64,000 nucleotides of DNA, from contig MFTQ01000021.1 of NCBI GenBank assembly GCA_001785355.1, positions 4,033 to 68,032 of the forward strand. Reading direction: 5' to 3'. This DNA comes from Candidatus Nomurabacteria bacterium RIFCSPHIGHO2_01_FULL_41_71. GTDB lineage: Bacteria; Patescibacteriota; Minisyncoccia; Phycocordibacterales; UBA9973. The notes beneath the pieces were generated by a model. The model was not told where the DNA came from. It worked only from the letters and a program-made list of their open reading frames with translations, and searched no databases. The translations under genes were made by a program, and so were the position numbers. Positions 17,008-26,611 of the stretch are shown here, piece by piece (position 1 is the stretch's first letter; each line of letters starts with the position of its first letter).

Positions 17008-17265
17008 ATGGATCCGGAATCCAAAAAGCTCTTGGAAGAGAATTTGAGGCTTTCGCAAGAGAATAATGTTATTTTGCTTAAGCTCAAGCGCTCGATGCAG
17101 GTAAGGCGTTTTGTGAGTATAATTTATTGGACACTCATTGTAGGCTCGGCAGTGGGGGCTTATTATTTCATCCAGCCCTACATAGATCAGATGGTAAACA
17201 TTTATGGCGGGGCCAAAGATGACCTCGAAAATTTCAACCAGCTTTTTCAGAATTTGAAAAATTAA
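17008..17265 (+). CDS. Small single-transmembrane hypothetical protein
   Basis: 85-aa ORF with a coiled coil and one transmembrane segment. Confidence 0.65.
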   Translation: MDPESKKLLEENLRLSQENNVILLKLKRSMQVRRFVSIIYWTLIVGSAVGAYYFIQPYIDQMVNIYGGAKDDLENFNQLFQNLKN

Positions 17266-17279
17266 TAAGATAAAAGATT

Positions 17280-17355
17280 GCCTGGGTAGCTCAGTCAGTA
17301 GAGCATTCCCCTGAAGAGGGAAGGGTCGGCAGTGCGATCCTGCCCCCAGGCACCA
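17280..17355 (+). tRNA. tRNA-Phe(GAA)
   Basis: Acceptor GCCTGGG/CCCAGGC, anticodon loop CTGAAGA, CCA end. Confidence 0.92.
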
Positions 17356-17364
17356 AATTTTAGT

Positions 17365-17853
17365 TTAAATAGACTTTACTCGGATGACATTTTTCTTGTC
17401 TTTGTCCACTTTCTGGAGCTTGATGGTAAGGAGTCCGTGTCTCTCCACCGCTTCTACTTCTTCAGGCTCTATTTCTTGAGGAAGAACGATGGTACGGGAA
17501 AATTTGCCCCAGTAAAGCTCTCTGACGAAATAATTATCTTCATCGACATTGCGATTTTCTCCACGCTTGCCCTGAATGGTAACCATGTCTCTCGCTATGG
17601 TAAGCTCTAGATCTTCCGGTTTTACTCCGGCCACCATGGCTTGGATTACGATATCGGATGCTGTCTGATATACATCTATAGTGAGTTCTGCTTCATCATT
17701 CTCTTCTTCAATCCAGTTGCCACCCCCTTGCCCGTTTTTCTTTTCCAGCTTGGTTACGTGCTTACTGGGAGAAACTTCTTCCGGCCCTTCTTCCAAGCGC
17801 ATTGTTCCGGTTAATTTTTCAAAAAAAGTTCTTTTTCTATTTTCTTTTTCCAT
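17365..17853 (-). CDS. Hsp20/alpha-crystallin small heat shock protein
   Basis: IDVYQT...VAGVKPEDL...ELYWGKFSRTIVLP...HGLLTI. Confidence 0.9.
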   Translation of the reverse strand: MEKENRKRTFFEKLTGTMRLEEGPEEVSPSKHVTKLEKKNGQGGGNWIEEENDEAELTIDVYQTASDIVIQAMVAGVKPEDLELTIARDMVTIQGKRGENRNVDEDNYFVRELYWGKFSRTIVLPQEIEPEEVEAVERHGLLTIKLQKVDKDKKNVIRVKSI

Positions 17854-17861
17854 AATTTTTT

Positions 17862-18569
17862 TCAATTATTATTAAGATCCATTCTTCTCAATTTCTCAAA
17901 AAGGAGGAATATAATTATAGCGCCTACCCACAAGAAGGAAAACACTTTCAAAAAATCCGCTCCTCCATTCTTCATTATAAAAAAATTAAAGGCGCTATGC
18001 AAGCCGATGGCAAGGATAATTCCAACTATAGTGTATAAAAATTTTCTGCGTCCGTCCATAAAGAAAGAAAGCCCCATACTCACGCCGATTACTCCGCTTG
18101 AGACGGTATGTAGCAAAGTAGATCCCAGGAAGCGCAAGTGCCCGGTAAGGAGCCCTACCGCTGTCTGACCCAGAGAGATTGGTTTTATCAGGAAAAGGGT
18201 GTTTTCCAGCGCGGCAAATCCTAAAGCCACGGTTATGAGATATATAGGCCAGTCTGTGGGTTCATCGGCCTGGCTGGTATTTGAAACGATGAAAAGAACC
18301 ATTAAGAATTTTATCAATTCCTCTACGCCGGCCCAGGCCACAAGTTCCCAACCATGAGGCAGGGAAAATCCTTGAACAACTTTCTGGACCGGCAGAACCA
18401 GCAAGACACTTGCCATACCCAGAAAGAAAACCATTGCGAGCAATCCTTTAGGCTCTGGATTTTTTCTGTCTTCCCGAAGCCAAAACCACAGCCACAGTAG
18501 GGAAGGGATAATACCAATCAAGAATGCGATTCCTATAATTTTTGGATTACCGATGTTTAGCATGGCCAT
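17862..18569 (-). CDS. prsW: PrsW-family intramembrane protease
   Basis: DRKNPEP, VEELIK, LGFAALEN, LH..FN motifs. Confidence 0.85.
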   Translation of the reverse strand: MAMLNIGNPKIIGIAFLIGIIPSLLWLWFWLREDRKNPEPKGLLAMVFFLGMASVLLVLPVQKVVQGFSLPHGWELVAWAGVEELIKFLMVLFIVSNTSQADEPTDWPIYLITVALGFAALENTLFLIKPISLGQTAVGLLTGHLRFLGSTLLHTVSSGVIGVSMGLSFFMDGRRKFLYTIVGIILAIGLHSAFNFFIMKNGGADFLKVFSFLWVGAIIIFLLFEKLRRMDLNNN

Positions 18570-20707
18570 TTTTCCGCTATTAATAAATTTTTTTGGTCGG
18601 GCCTGTCTATCCCCGCCTGTCCGGCAGGCGGGGATGAGGCAGACATCATTGACCAAATTTCTTCGGTGACAAAAGGCGTAAAGGGATGGAGTATTTTCAG
18701 GCAATCTTGCCAGATGGGTAAAAGCGATTTTTTCATATCATCGTCTTTTTTGCTTTGCTCGATTATTTCATCCGCAAATTTGTGCCAGATGTAATGATAA
18801 ATTTTTTCGCTTGCCAGATAAAAACGATAATTTTCCATATCGGCGGTTATGTCTTTTTTGATATTTTCAAATTCTTCTATGACATTCTTTTTTGTTTCTG
18901 ATTCCCCACTTTTTTGATTCTCCAGCACGAACCGGGTAATGTTCCAGATTTTATTGGCGAAGTTTTTATATCCGCGGATTTTATCTTCCGATAGGGCGAG
19001 GGAAGTGCCCGGGGTATTGCCGACTATCATGGCTATGCGAAAAGCATCGGTTCCGTATTTTTCCGTGAGTGTCATCGGATCGATAACATTTCCTTTGCTT
19101 TTTGACATCTTTTGAGCTTTTGGGTCGAGTACCATTCCATGCAGATAAACTATATTGAAAGGAACTTTCCCAGTCATATAAAGCCCGAGCATTATCATTC
19201 TGGATACCCAGAAAAATATAATGTCCCCTCCGGTTTCCATTATACTGGTGGGATAAAATGCGGCGTAATCTTTTTGGTCCGGGTAGCCTAGCGATAAATA
19301 CGGCCACTGGCCGGAAGAAAACCAAGTATCGAAGGTATCCTTGTCTTTGAGAACTTTACCCCCGCATTTGTCGCAGGCGGATATTGTGTCTTCCAGGTCC
19401 GCCATTCCGTGCCCGCAGGCTTGACATATCTTGGCCGGTATCGGTATGCCCCAGACTATCTGTCTTGAAATATTCCAGTCAATAATTTTTTCGAGCCAGT
19501 GAATCGAGATTTTCTGATAATGATCCGGAATGTATTTTATTTTTCCGTCTTTTATATTTTCAAGCGCTTTTTTAGCCAGCGGCTTCATTTTTATAAACCA
19601 TTGACTTTTAATTTGCGGTTCGATAAGGGTTCCGCATTTATAGCAGGTTCGGACGATATGTTTGTAATTTTCGTCGATTTTTTCCACCAAACCTTTGCTT
19701 TTTAATTTTTCAATTATGAGAGGCCTGGCTTTATTTATATGTGTGCCGGCGAATTCTCCCGCGATTGGCAGTAATTTCCCGGTTTCATCAATGATCTGCT
19801 CCTTGTCCAGTCCGTGCCTGTCCGCAATCTCAAAATCAGCCGTATCGTGCCAAGGGGTGATAGTCATGACACCAGTGCCAAATTCCATATCGATCGCCTC
19901 GTCTTTTACTATAGTAGCGGTGATGGGGCCGTTAATCCACTCAAGTTTTATCTTTTGTCCGTTTTTATAATCAGCGTATCTTTTATCATCCGGATGCATA
20001 ACCACGTATTTGTCTCCGAATTTCGTCTCCGGTCTGGCTGTGCCGATGACGAATGGCCCGTATTTTAGATAGTAAAAGCTGTCCGTCCTTTCTTCGTCTT
20101 TTATTTCCAAATCAGAAAAGGATATCCGATGTTTCGGGCACCAGCTTACTATCTTCTCTCCGCGATAGGCCATTCCATCGTCGTATAGTTTTTTAAAACT
20201 TTGGCGAACTTTTTCCACTATATCTTTATCTAAAGTGAATTTTTCGCGAGACCAGTCGCAAGAAGCGCCCATTTTTTTGATTTGATTTTTTATGTTGGAT
20301 GAATTGTCGAGAGTAAAATCTAGGATTTCTTTATACAAATTATCTGGGTTCATGTCGAATCTGCTCCGGCCTTCTTTTTCCAATTTTTTTTCGTAAACAA
20401 CTTGTGTTTCAAAACCGGCATGGTCAAGTCCGGGTAGCCAAAGAGTCTTGAATCCTCTCATTCGCTTGTAGCGTATCATTACGTCTTCAATGGTCATTAC
20501 CAGGCCGTGGCCGGCATGCAGAGATCCGTTGGCGTTGACCGGAGGCATGATGATGGAAAATGATTTTCCAAAGTTTAGGTTCGTATCCGGCGAGTGTGTC
20601 CAAGGCGCGCCGGTTTCGGGCTGAAAAAATCCGCTTTCTTCCCAGAGTTTGTAGATGCGCCCTTCTGTTTTTTTAGGGTCGTAGGGCTTGAGTAGCTTTG
20701 GGTCCAT
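18557..20707 (-). CDS. valS: Valyl-tRNA synthetase, short form
   Basis: PPVNANGSLHAGH, DWNISRQIVWG, DTFDTWFSS, KMSKSKGN. Confidence 0.96.
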   Translation of the reverse strand: MDPKLLKPYDPKKTEGRIYKLWEESGFFQPETGAPWTHSPDTNLNFGKSFSIIMPPVNANGSLHAGHGLVMTIEDVMIRYKRMRGFKTLWLPGLDHAGFETQVVYEKKLEKEGRSRFDMNPDNLYKEILDFTLDNSSNIKNQIKKMGASCDWSREKFTLDKDIVEKVRQSFKKLYDDGMAYRGEKIVSWCPKHRISFSDLEIKDEERTDSFYYLKYGPFVIGTARPETKFGDKYVVMHPDDKRYADYKNGQKIKLEWINGPITATIVKDEAIDMEFGTGVMTITPWHDTADFEIADRHGLDKEQIIDETGKLLPIAGEFAGTHINKARPLIIEKLKSKGLVEKIDENYKHIVRTCYKCGTLIEPQIKSQWFIKMKPLAKKALENIKDGKIKYIPDHYQKISIHWLEKIIDWNISRQIVWGIPIPAKICQACGHGMADLEDTISACDKCGGKVLKDKDTFDTWFSSGQWPYLSLGYPDQKDYAAFYPTSIMETGGDIIFFWVSRMIMLGLYMTGKVPFNIVYLHGMVLDPKAQKMSKSKGNVIDPMTLTEKYGTDAFRIAMIVGNTPGTSLALSEDKIRGYKNFANKIWNITRFVLENQKSGESETKKNVIEEFENIKKDITADMENYRFYLASEKIYHYIWHKFADEIIEQSKKDDDMKKSLLPIWQDCLKILHPFTPFVTEEIWSMMSASSPPAGQAGIDRPDQKNLLIAEKWPC
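18609..18635. repeat. Palindrome in the valS 3' end
   Basis: ATCCCCGCCTG-TCCGG-CAGGCGGGGAT. Confidence 0.8.
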
Positions 20708-20724
20708 GTTCGAATAATATCATA

Positions 20725-21786
20725 TTAAAGCTTTAAATTGCCAGTTGCCTTGATACTGCTTAAGTTCGGCGTTTTCTTTTTATTTTTTATGTAATTTAAA
20801 TATCCCGCGATGCCGATCATGATGGAATTATCTCCCGATAGTCCCTTTGGTGGAAAAAATAATTTTACTTTGTTTTTTGTTATTTTTTTTATTTCCCTCT
20901 GCAGGTGCGCGTTCCCGGCCACTCCGCCGGCGACGATAAGAGTTTTAATTTTGTATTTTTCCATAGCCTTTCCGGTTTTATAAACCAGGCATTCTACAGC
21001 GGCGTTTTCGAATTCGAGCGCTATTTGCGCTTTTGTTTTTTCATCCAGTTTTCCTATTTTTTTTATTAAATAAAAAACAGCCGTTTTTAATCCTGCGAAA
21101 GAAAAATTAAAATTAGGAGATTTCAACATTGGTCTCGGCAGTTTAATTTTTAATTCGTAATTTTTAATTCGTAATTTTTCGGCTAAGGCCGAAATATGGG
21201 GTCCGCCGGGGTAGGGGAGTTCGAGCATCCGGGCGACTTTGTCAAAGGCTTCACCGACCGCGTCGTCCAAAGTTTCGCCGATGATTTTATAATTCATCCA
21301 CTTTTTTATCAAAACCAGTTGCGTGTGTCCGCCGGATACAAGCAGTGAAAGTATTGGGAATTTTATATCAGGAATTTTGAATTTTCCTTTGCTTTTCCCG
21401 AATATGGACAGCACATGTCCCTCCATATGATTCACGGGAATAACCGGCACACCCCATTTTTTGGCCAATTTTTTCGCGAACAAAATCCCCTCCCAAAGGC
21501 ACATCTCCAGACCTGGGCCATAAGTGACGGCGATGAGGTTCACAGGCTTATGTTTTTTGCTTAGCTTGGTCTCTTTTAAACTTTTTTCGAGTAGTATCGG
21601 CAGATTTTTTATGTGCTCCCGCTTGGCAAGCGCCGGATACACTCCGCCGTAGGGTATATGGGTTTTTATCTGTGAATTTGAACAGTTTGCCAGTATTTTG
21701 AACTCGGCATTTTTTATTCCTCCTGTCGCCTCTATTATACTAATACAAGTGTCGTCGCAAGAAGTTTCAATCGAAAGGATTTTCAT
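20725..21786 (-). CDS. tsaD: tRNA N6-threonylcarbamoyltransferase
   Basis: IETSCDDT, GPGL, NHMEGH, LVSGGHT, DDAVGEAFDK. Confidence 0.96.
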   Translation of the reverse strand: MKILSIETSCDDTCISIIEATGGIKNAEFKILANCSNSQIKTHIPYGGVYPALAKREHIKNLPILLEKSLKETKLSKKHKPVNLIAVTYGPGLEMCLWEGILFAKKLAKKWGVPVIPVNHMEGHVLSIFGKSKGKFKIPDIKFPILSLLVSGGHTQLVLIKKWMNYKIIGETLDDAVGEAFDKVARMLELPYPGGPHISALAEKLRIKNYELKIKLPRPMLKSPNFNFSFAGLKTAVFYLIKKIGKLDEKTKAQIALEFENAAVECLVYKTGKAMEKYKIKTLIVAGGVAGNAHLQREIKKITKNKVKLFFPPKGLSGDNSIMIGIAGYLNYIKNKKKTPNLSSIKATGNLKL

Positions 21787-21788
21787 TG

Positions 21789-21860
21789 TGCGCGGTGAGG
21801 GGATTGAACCCCCGGCCTACCCCACGTCAAGGGGTCGCTCTACCGCTGAGCTAACCGCGC
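21789..21860 (-). tRNA. tRNA-Val(GAC)
   Basis: Reverse strand GCGCGGTTAGCTCAGCGGTAGAGCG, loop TTGACGT, GGTTCAATCC. Confidence 0.94.
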
Positions 21861-21869
21861 TTAGATCCT

Positions 21870-23090
21870 TTATATCATTTTTTCCTCTATTCTTTCAAGC
21901 GCGACGATGAAAGTGCTCATGCGGAAAGTCGTTTTCAATTCTTTTGACTTTTTCAATATTTTCTCCGAATTTTCTTCGAGCATCTTTTTCAATTTATCGA
22001 AAACTTCCTTTTCGCTCCAGTGCTCTTTTTTCAGATTCTGCTCCCATTCGAAATACGACACTATCACCCCGCCGGAGTTTACCAAAATATCCGGTACTAT
22101 CGGCACATCCCTTTTAAATAGAATTTCATCTGCTTCCGGAGTAGTGGGGCCGTTGGCAAGTTCCAGCACCACTTTGGCTTTTATTTTCTCCGCATTTGTT
22201 TCATTTATTTGGTTTTCCAAAGCCGCCGGAATGAGGAGATCACATTCGATTTCAAGTAGTTCCATATTTGAAATATTTTTTGCGCCGGAAAATCCGGATA
22301 GGGTTCCGGTCGATTTTTTGTGTTCCAGGAGTTTATCCATATCTAAACCCAGAGGATTGTAGACTCCGCCTTTCGAATCCGAAATGGCTACCACTTTATG
22401 TCCGGCTCGGCTAAAGACAACTCCGGCGAAAGATCCGGCGTTCCCAAATCCTTGTATGGCTACCGCGCATTTCTCCGGCAACCCTAATTCTTTCTTGAAT
22501 TTTTCAAACACGTAAAAAGCTCCTTGCGCCGTGGAAGTATTTCTTCCCTCCGAGCCTCCTTTGTCTATAGGCTTGCCGGTTATTACTGCCTTGGTTTTGT
22601 CTCCGGTGATTTTCTCAAATTCATCCGCTATCCAAGCCATGATCTCCGGAGTGGTGTTGACATCCGGGGCCGGCACGTCTTTGCGCGGACCCAGTACATC
22701 CGCCAATCTTCTCACCCATCCGCGAGAAAGCCTCTCCAGTTCTCCTTTCGAAAGATTTTTCGGATCGACTGTTACGCCTCCCTTGCCTCCGCCCATGGGA
22801 ATACCGGCGGCCGCGCATTTGAGAGTCATCCAGAAAGCAAGGGCCTTGATTTCATTTATGTCGGTGTCCGGATGATAGCGGATGCCTCCTTTATACGGAC
22901 CAAGCGTGTTATTGTATTCCACTCTGTATCCTTCGAAGATTTTTATAGAGCCATCGTCCATTTCAACCGGTATGGATATTCTGATATCTCTGTCTGGCAC
23001 CTTCATTCTAGAAATAAAAGCATGACCAAAATTACCGGCCCTAGCGGCTTGGTCGAGCTGACTCATGGCGTTGTCGAACGGATTTTTCAT
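21870..23090 (-). CDS. gdhA: Glu/Leu/Phe/Val (glutamate) dehydrogenase
   Basis: GPYKGGIRYH, GGGKGG, DVPAPDV, QGFGNAG, ELANGP. Confidence 0.92.
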   Translation of the reverse strand: MKNPFDNAMSQLDQAARAGNFGHAFISRMKVPDRDIRISIPVEMDDGSIKIFEGYRVEYNNTLGPYKGGIRYHPDTDINEIKALAFWMTLKCAAAGIPMGGGKGGVTVDPKNLSKGELERLSRGWVRRLADVLGPRKDVPAPDVNTTPEIMAWIADEFEKITGDKTKAVITGKPIDKGGSEGRNTSTAQGAFYVFEKFKKELGLPEKCAVAIQGFGNAGSFAGVVFSRAGHKVVAISDSKGGVYNPLGLDMDKLLEHKKSTGTLSGFSGAKNISNMELLEIECDLLIPAALENQINETNAEKIKAKVVLELANGPTTPEADEILFKRDVPIVPDILVNSGGVIVSYFEWEQNLKKEHWSEKEVFDKLKKMLEENSEKILKKSKELKTTFRMSTFIVALERIEEKMI

Positions 23091-23101
23091 AATAGCCGCA
23101 A

Positions 23102-23860
23102 TTATACCTCAAATTTCTCCAGCGTCTCAAGCTCTTCTTTTGAATTTGCTCCCAATCCTTCGCGCGGGTCTATATCAAAAGATTCTATTTTTTCTCCCTC
23201 CAAAATGGCTACCCTTATGAGATCCGTGAGATAGTATTCTTTCTGGGCATTGTCGGTTTTTAAATCTTTGATTTTTTTCCACAGCCACTTTGCTTCGAAG
23301 CACAAATATATGGGATTTACTTCGGTTATATTTTTTTCTTCTTCTTTCAGATCCTTCACCTGCACATCGCGCAATATTTCTCCATTTTTATCTCTGACAA
23401 TTCTGGAGAAGTTGTTGTAAAAGAACACTCGCCAGTCTTTGAAATCAGAGAGATAAATAGTAGCCATGGTTATTTTTGTTTTCGATGCCAAGTGTCTCCG
23501 GGCAAGATCCTTGATAGTTTTTTCGTTCACATAAGGATGATCGCTTGGGAGAATCAAAACATGCTCCGCTTTGTCTTGCATGAATTTTTGCGCGCTCATG
23601 ACCGCATGTCCGGTGCCTTCCTGTTTTTCTTGCACGACATAATCATATTTCTCTCCGAGCCTTTCCATGATTTTTTTCTTTTTGTGTCCGACTACGATTA
23701 TCGGCCTGTCGTCAACGCCGGATTTATGAATCGCTTCCAAGACATATCCGATCATGGGCTTGCCGCGGACCTGCGCCAGAGCCTTGGGAAGATCGCTTCT
23801 CATTCTTTTACCCAAACCGGCAGCCAGAACCAGAATTCTGATTTTTTCCTTGTTTATCAT
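23102..23860 (-). CDS. Sugar-phosphate nucleotidyltransferase (GlmU N-terminal domain-like)
   Basis: LAAGLGKRMRSDLPK, QEGTGHA, NAQKEYYLTD; no acetyltransferase domain. Confidence 0.85.
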   Translation of the reverse strand: MINKEKIRILVLAAGLGKRMRSDLPKALAQVRGKPMIGYVLEAIHKSGVDDRPIIVVGHKKKKIMERLGEKYDYVVQEKQEGTGHAVMSAQKFMQDKAEHVLILPSDHPYVNEKTIKDLARRHLASKTKITMATIYLSDFKDWRVFFYNNFSRIVRDKNGEILRDVQVKDLKEEEKNITEVNPIYLCFEAKWLWKKIKDLKTDNAQKEYYLTDLIRVAILEGEKIESFDIDPREGLGANSKEELETLEKFEV

Positions 23861-23879
23861 TTTGTTATATAATACACAT

Positions 23880-24347
23880 ATGTCGAGAAAAGGAAAGGCA
23901 AAGAAAACAAAAAAAGTGGTCATGGTCAGCGGAGGTTTTGACCCAGTTCATATTGGTCATGTGCGATTATTTAAAGAGGCTAAAAAGTTGGGCGACGAAC
24001 TCGTGGTGGTCGTCAATAACGACAATTGGCTTAAGTTTAAAAAAGGATATACTTTTATGTCTGACGCGGACCGCAAAGAAATTATAGAATCATTTAGACC
24101 GGTTGATAAAGTTGTTTTGACTGTTCATAAACCGGATACAAATGACATAACAGTTTGCCGTGAGCTTGAATTAATCCGACCACATATCTTTGCCAATGGG
24201 GGAGACCGCAAAGAAAATGTCCCAGTTCCGGAATATGAAGTTTGCAAAAGGCTCGGCATACAAATGGTTTTTAATGTTGGTCACGGTGGCAAGGTGCGGT
24301 CTTCGTCTGAATTGGTGAAACAAGCTAAGAAGAGAAAAGTTAAGTGA
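23880..24347 (+). CDS. Cytidylyl/adenylyltransferase family protein
   Basis: SGGFDPVHIGH (HxGH) and FANGGDR. Confidence 0.88.
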   Translation: MSRKGKAKKTKKVVMVSGGFDPVHIGHVRLFKEAKKLGDELVVVVNNDNWLKFKKGYTFMSDADRKEIIESFRPVDKVVLTVHKPDTNDITVCRELELIRPHIFANGGDRKENVPVPEYEVCKRLGIQMVFNVGHGGKVRSSSELVKQAKKRKVK

Positions 24348-24359
24348 TATAATAGAAAT

Positions 24360-25127
24360 ATGAAATCATTAAATCAGATGACTAAAGAAGATTTGAAAGA
24401 AATTAAAATGATTGTTTTTGATGTTGATGGTGTAATCGTTCCCAGAGGAACAAAAATAAAACAGGTAGGCAATACTACAACCCTACAAACAAAAATAATC
24501 GCACCGAAACAAATAGAACAAATAAAAGAATTATACAGAAAAGGATTTTTGATAAATATTAGTTCCGGTAGAGGACTTTATATGTTGCAAGAAATGTTTA
24601 GAGAAATTTTACCTTTTGTTAGTTTAACTTATGAATGTGGTAGTGCGACATGGTATAAAGGAAAAATCCACCAGCACATTAATAGTTTTGAACGTTTACA
24701 AGATGTATTTTTTAAATTGAAACGAATAGCTTTTAAGAATAAGAATGTTAGAGGCTTTGAACCGAAAGAGTTTATTATCACTGTTCATTGCAAAAAGAAA
24801 GATCAAAAGATTGAAGAAACAGTACAGAAAGAGCGTGGTCTTTGTACTCATTGGAATGGTGAAGCCTATGATGTTTTGATTAAAAAAGATCAGACTAAAG
24901 CACTTGGTTTACAAAAAGTAATGAAGATTTTCAAATTAAAGAAGCAAAATGTTATGGCGATAGGGGATAATTATAACGACCATGAATTATTGCAAGCCAG
25001 TGGAACACCTATTTCAGCTGATAAAACTAAGATTCAAGGTAAATTTTATGTGTCACTTCAGGGTGAATTTCTTCCGGCTGATATGCTAATGCAGAAAATA
25101 TTATTATTAAAAGGAAATAAGGTATAA
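24360..25127 (+). CDS. HAD-superfamily phosphatase (Cof-like)
   Basis: FDVDG, SSGRG, TKA, IGDNYND. Confidence 0.88.
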   Translation: MKSLNQMTKEDLKEIKMIVFDVDGVIVPRGTKIKQVGNTTTLQTKIIAPKQIEQIKELYRKGFLINISSGRGLYMLQEMFREILPFVSLTYECGSATWYKGKIHQHINSFERLQDVFFKLKRIAFKNKNVRGFEPKEFIITVHCKKKDQKIEETVQKERGLCTHWNGEAYDVLIKKDQTKALGLQKVMKIFKLKKQNVMAIGDNYNDHELLQASGTPISADKTKIQGKFYVSLQGEFLPADMLMQKILLLKGNKV

Positions 25128-25136
25128 TTAAATCGT

Positions 25137-25487
25137 ATGAAAGAATTCAAGCCTTTTACAATTGAACGTCCGTGGGGCACTTTCAGACAGCTGACCCACA
25201 ATAGTCTTTCGACTGTAAAACTTCACAGAATTAAACCGGGAGAAAAAACCAGCTGGCAGAGCCACACTAGGCGCTCGGAATTTTGGCATATTGTGGAAGG
25301 TAGCGGTATAATACGCGTAGAAGACAAGGAATACAATGTTGTTTCCGGTGACGAATATGATGCTCCGGTTGGCGCCAAGCATCGTTGGATTGCCGGAGAG
25401 TCTGGTTTGGTATTGATTGAAATAGCTATCGGAGACTTTGACGAAGAAGATATAACTCGTTATGAAGATAAATATGGCCGCGCTTAA
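25137..25487 (+). CDS. Mannose-6-phosphate isomerase type II C-terminal cupin
   Basis: RPWG...SWQSH..RSEFW...EEDITRYEDKYGR. Confidence 0.88.
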   Translation: MKEFKPFTIERPWGTFRQLTHNSLSTVKLHRIKPGEKTSWQSHTRRSEFWHIVEGSGIIRVEDKEYNVVSGDEYDAPVGAKHRWIAGESGLVLIEIAIGDFDEEDITRYEDKYGRA

Positions 25488-26610
25488 AAAAATAAAAGAA
25501 AAAATTAAAAAGAAGACAAAAAGCGCCTCTCTAAAAAAGAAGCCTGTCAAAAAGCAGGTACGCAGGAAAAGCGCAGACAGAAAAAGCAAATTAAAACTTA
25601 GCAGATCTCCGGGTAATCCCATTATTGAACCGGGAGCAAATTCTTGGGAATCCAAAGCCGCTTTCAATCCTACCGCTCTCTATCACGATGGCAAAGTGCA
25701 TGTCATTTACCGAGCCATCGGGGAGGGTGATGTCTCCGTACTTGGCTATGCTTCAAGCGAAGACGGAATAAATTTTACTTTGCGGTCGCCAGAGCCTGTT
25801 TTTACGCATGGCGGGCGCATTCCGACTTACGCGAATTTTAACAAGTTTTCCGTTCCGCGCATTGACTATATTTCCGGCGGGGGTTGGGGTGGCGGATGCG
25901 AAGATCCCAGGCTTACCAAGCTCGGAGATACCGCTTATATGATTTATACCGCTTTCGACGGCTGGGGATCCGTCAGACTTACCCTGACTTCCGTATCTCT
26001 GGATGACTTTGTTTCCGGGCGCTGGAATTGGCGGAGGCCAGTATTTATTTCTCCGCCCGGCGAAATTCATAAAAATTGGGTTATTTTCCCCGAAAAGATA
26101 AATGATAAATATGCCATTCTCCACAGCATTTCTCCAAAAATCATGGTGGATTATTTCAGATCTCTGGATGAGCTCGATGGCAAAAATTTTATTTACAGCG
26201 TTCATCAGGGCAGTCTCCTGTGGCAGGCGAGAGACAGGCTTGTGCGAGGCGTAGGACCCGCTCCGATAAAGACCAAGTTTGGCTGGCTAATTTTATATCA
26301 TAAAATGGAAAAGCACGATTCTCACAGATACAAGCTTTGGGCGATGATCTTGGACGCAAAAAATCCGGAGAAAATCTTGCATGTTTCCAAACACCCCATT
26401 CTTGAGCCGGATCTGTGGTATGAGAATGAGGGATATAAGGGTGGGGTGGTGTATTCTTGCGGAGCGGTGGTGAAAGATGGAAACTTGTTCGTGTATTATG
26501 GCGGAGCGGACAAAGTCTCTTGCGTGGCGCAGACCCGCTTGGATGAATTTTTAAAAGAACTTGTAAGTTCCGGGGTGCCGGCATTAAAAAATAAAAAAGT
26601 AAAAGTCTGA
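25462..26610 (+). CDS. GH130-family glycoside phosphorylase/glycosidase with Lys-rich N-terminus
   Basis: AFNP, YRA, GCEDPR, KNW, YYGGAD motifs. Confidence 0.88.
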   Translation: MKINMAALKKIKEKIKKKTKSASLKKKPVKKQVRRKSADRKSKLKLSRSPGNPIIEPGANSWESKAAFNPTALYHDGKVHVIYRAIGEGDVSVLGYASSEDGINFTLRSPEPVFTHGGRIPTYANFNKFSVPRIDYISGGGWGGGCEDPRLTKLGDTAYMIYTAFDGWGSVRLTLTSVSLDDFVSGRWNWRRPVFISPPGEIHKNWVIFPEKINDKYAILHSISPKIMVDYFRSLDELDGKNFIYSVHQGSLLWQARDRLVRGVGPAPIKTKFGWLILYHKMEKHDSHRYKLWAMILDAKNPEKILHVSKHPILEPDLWYENEGYKGGVVYSCGAVVKDGNLFVYYGGADKVSCVAQTRLDEFLKELVSSGVPALKNKKVKV

Positions 26611-26611
26611 T

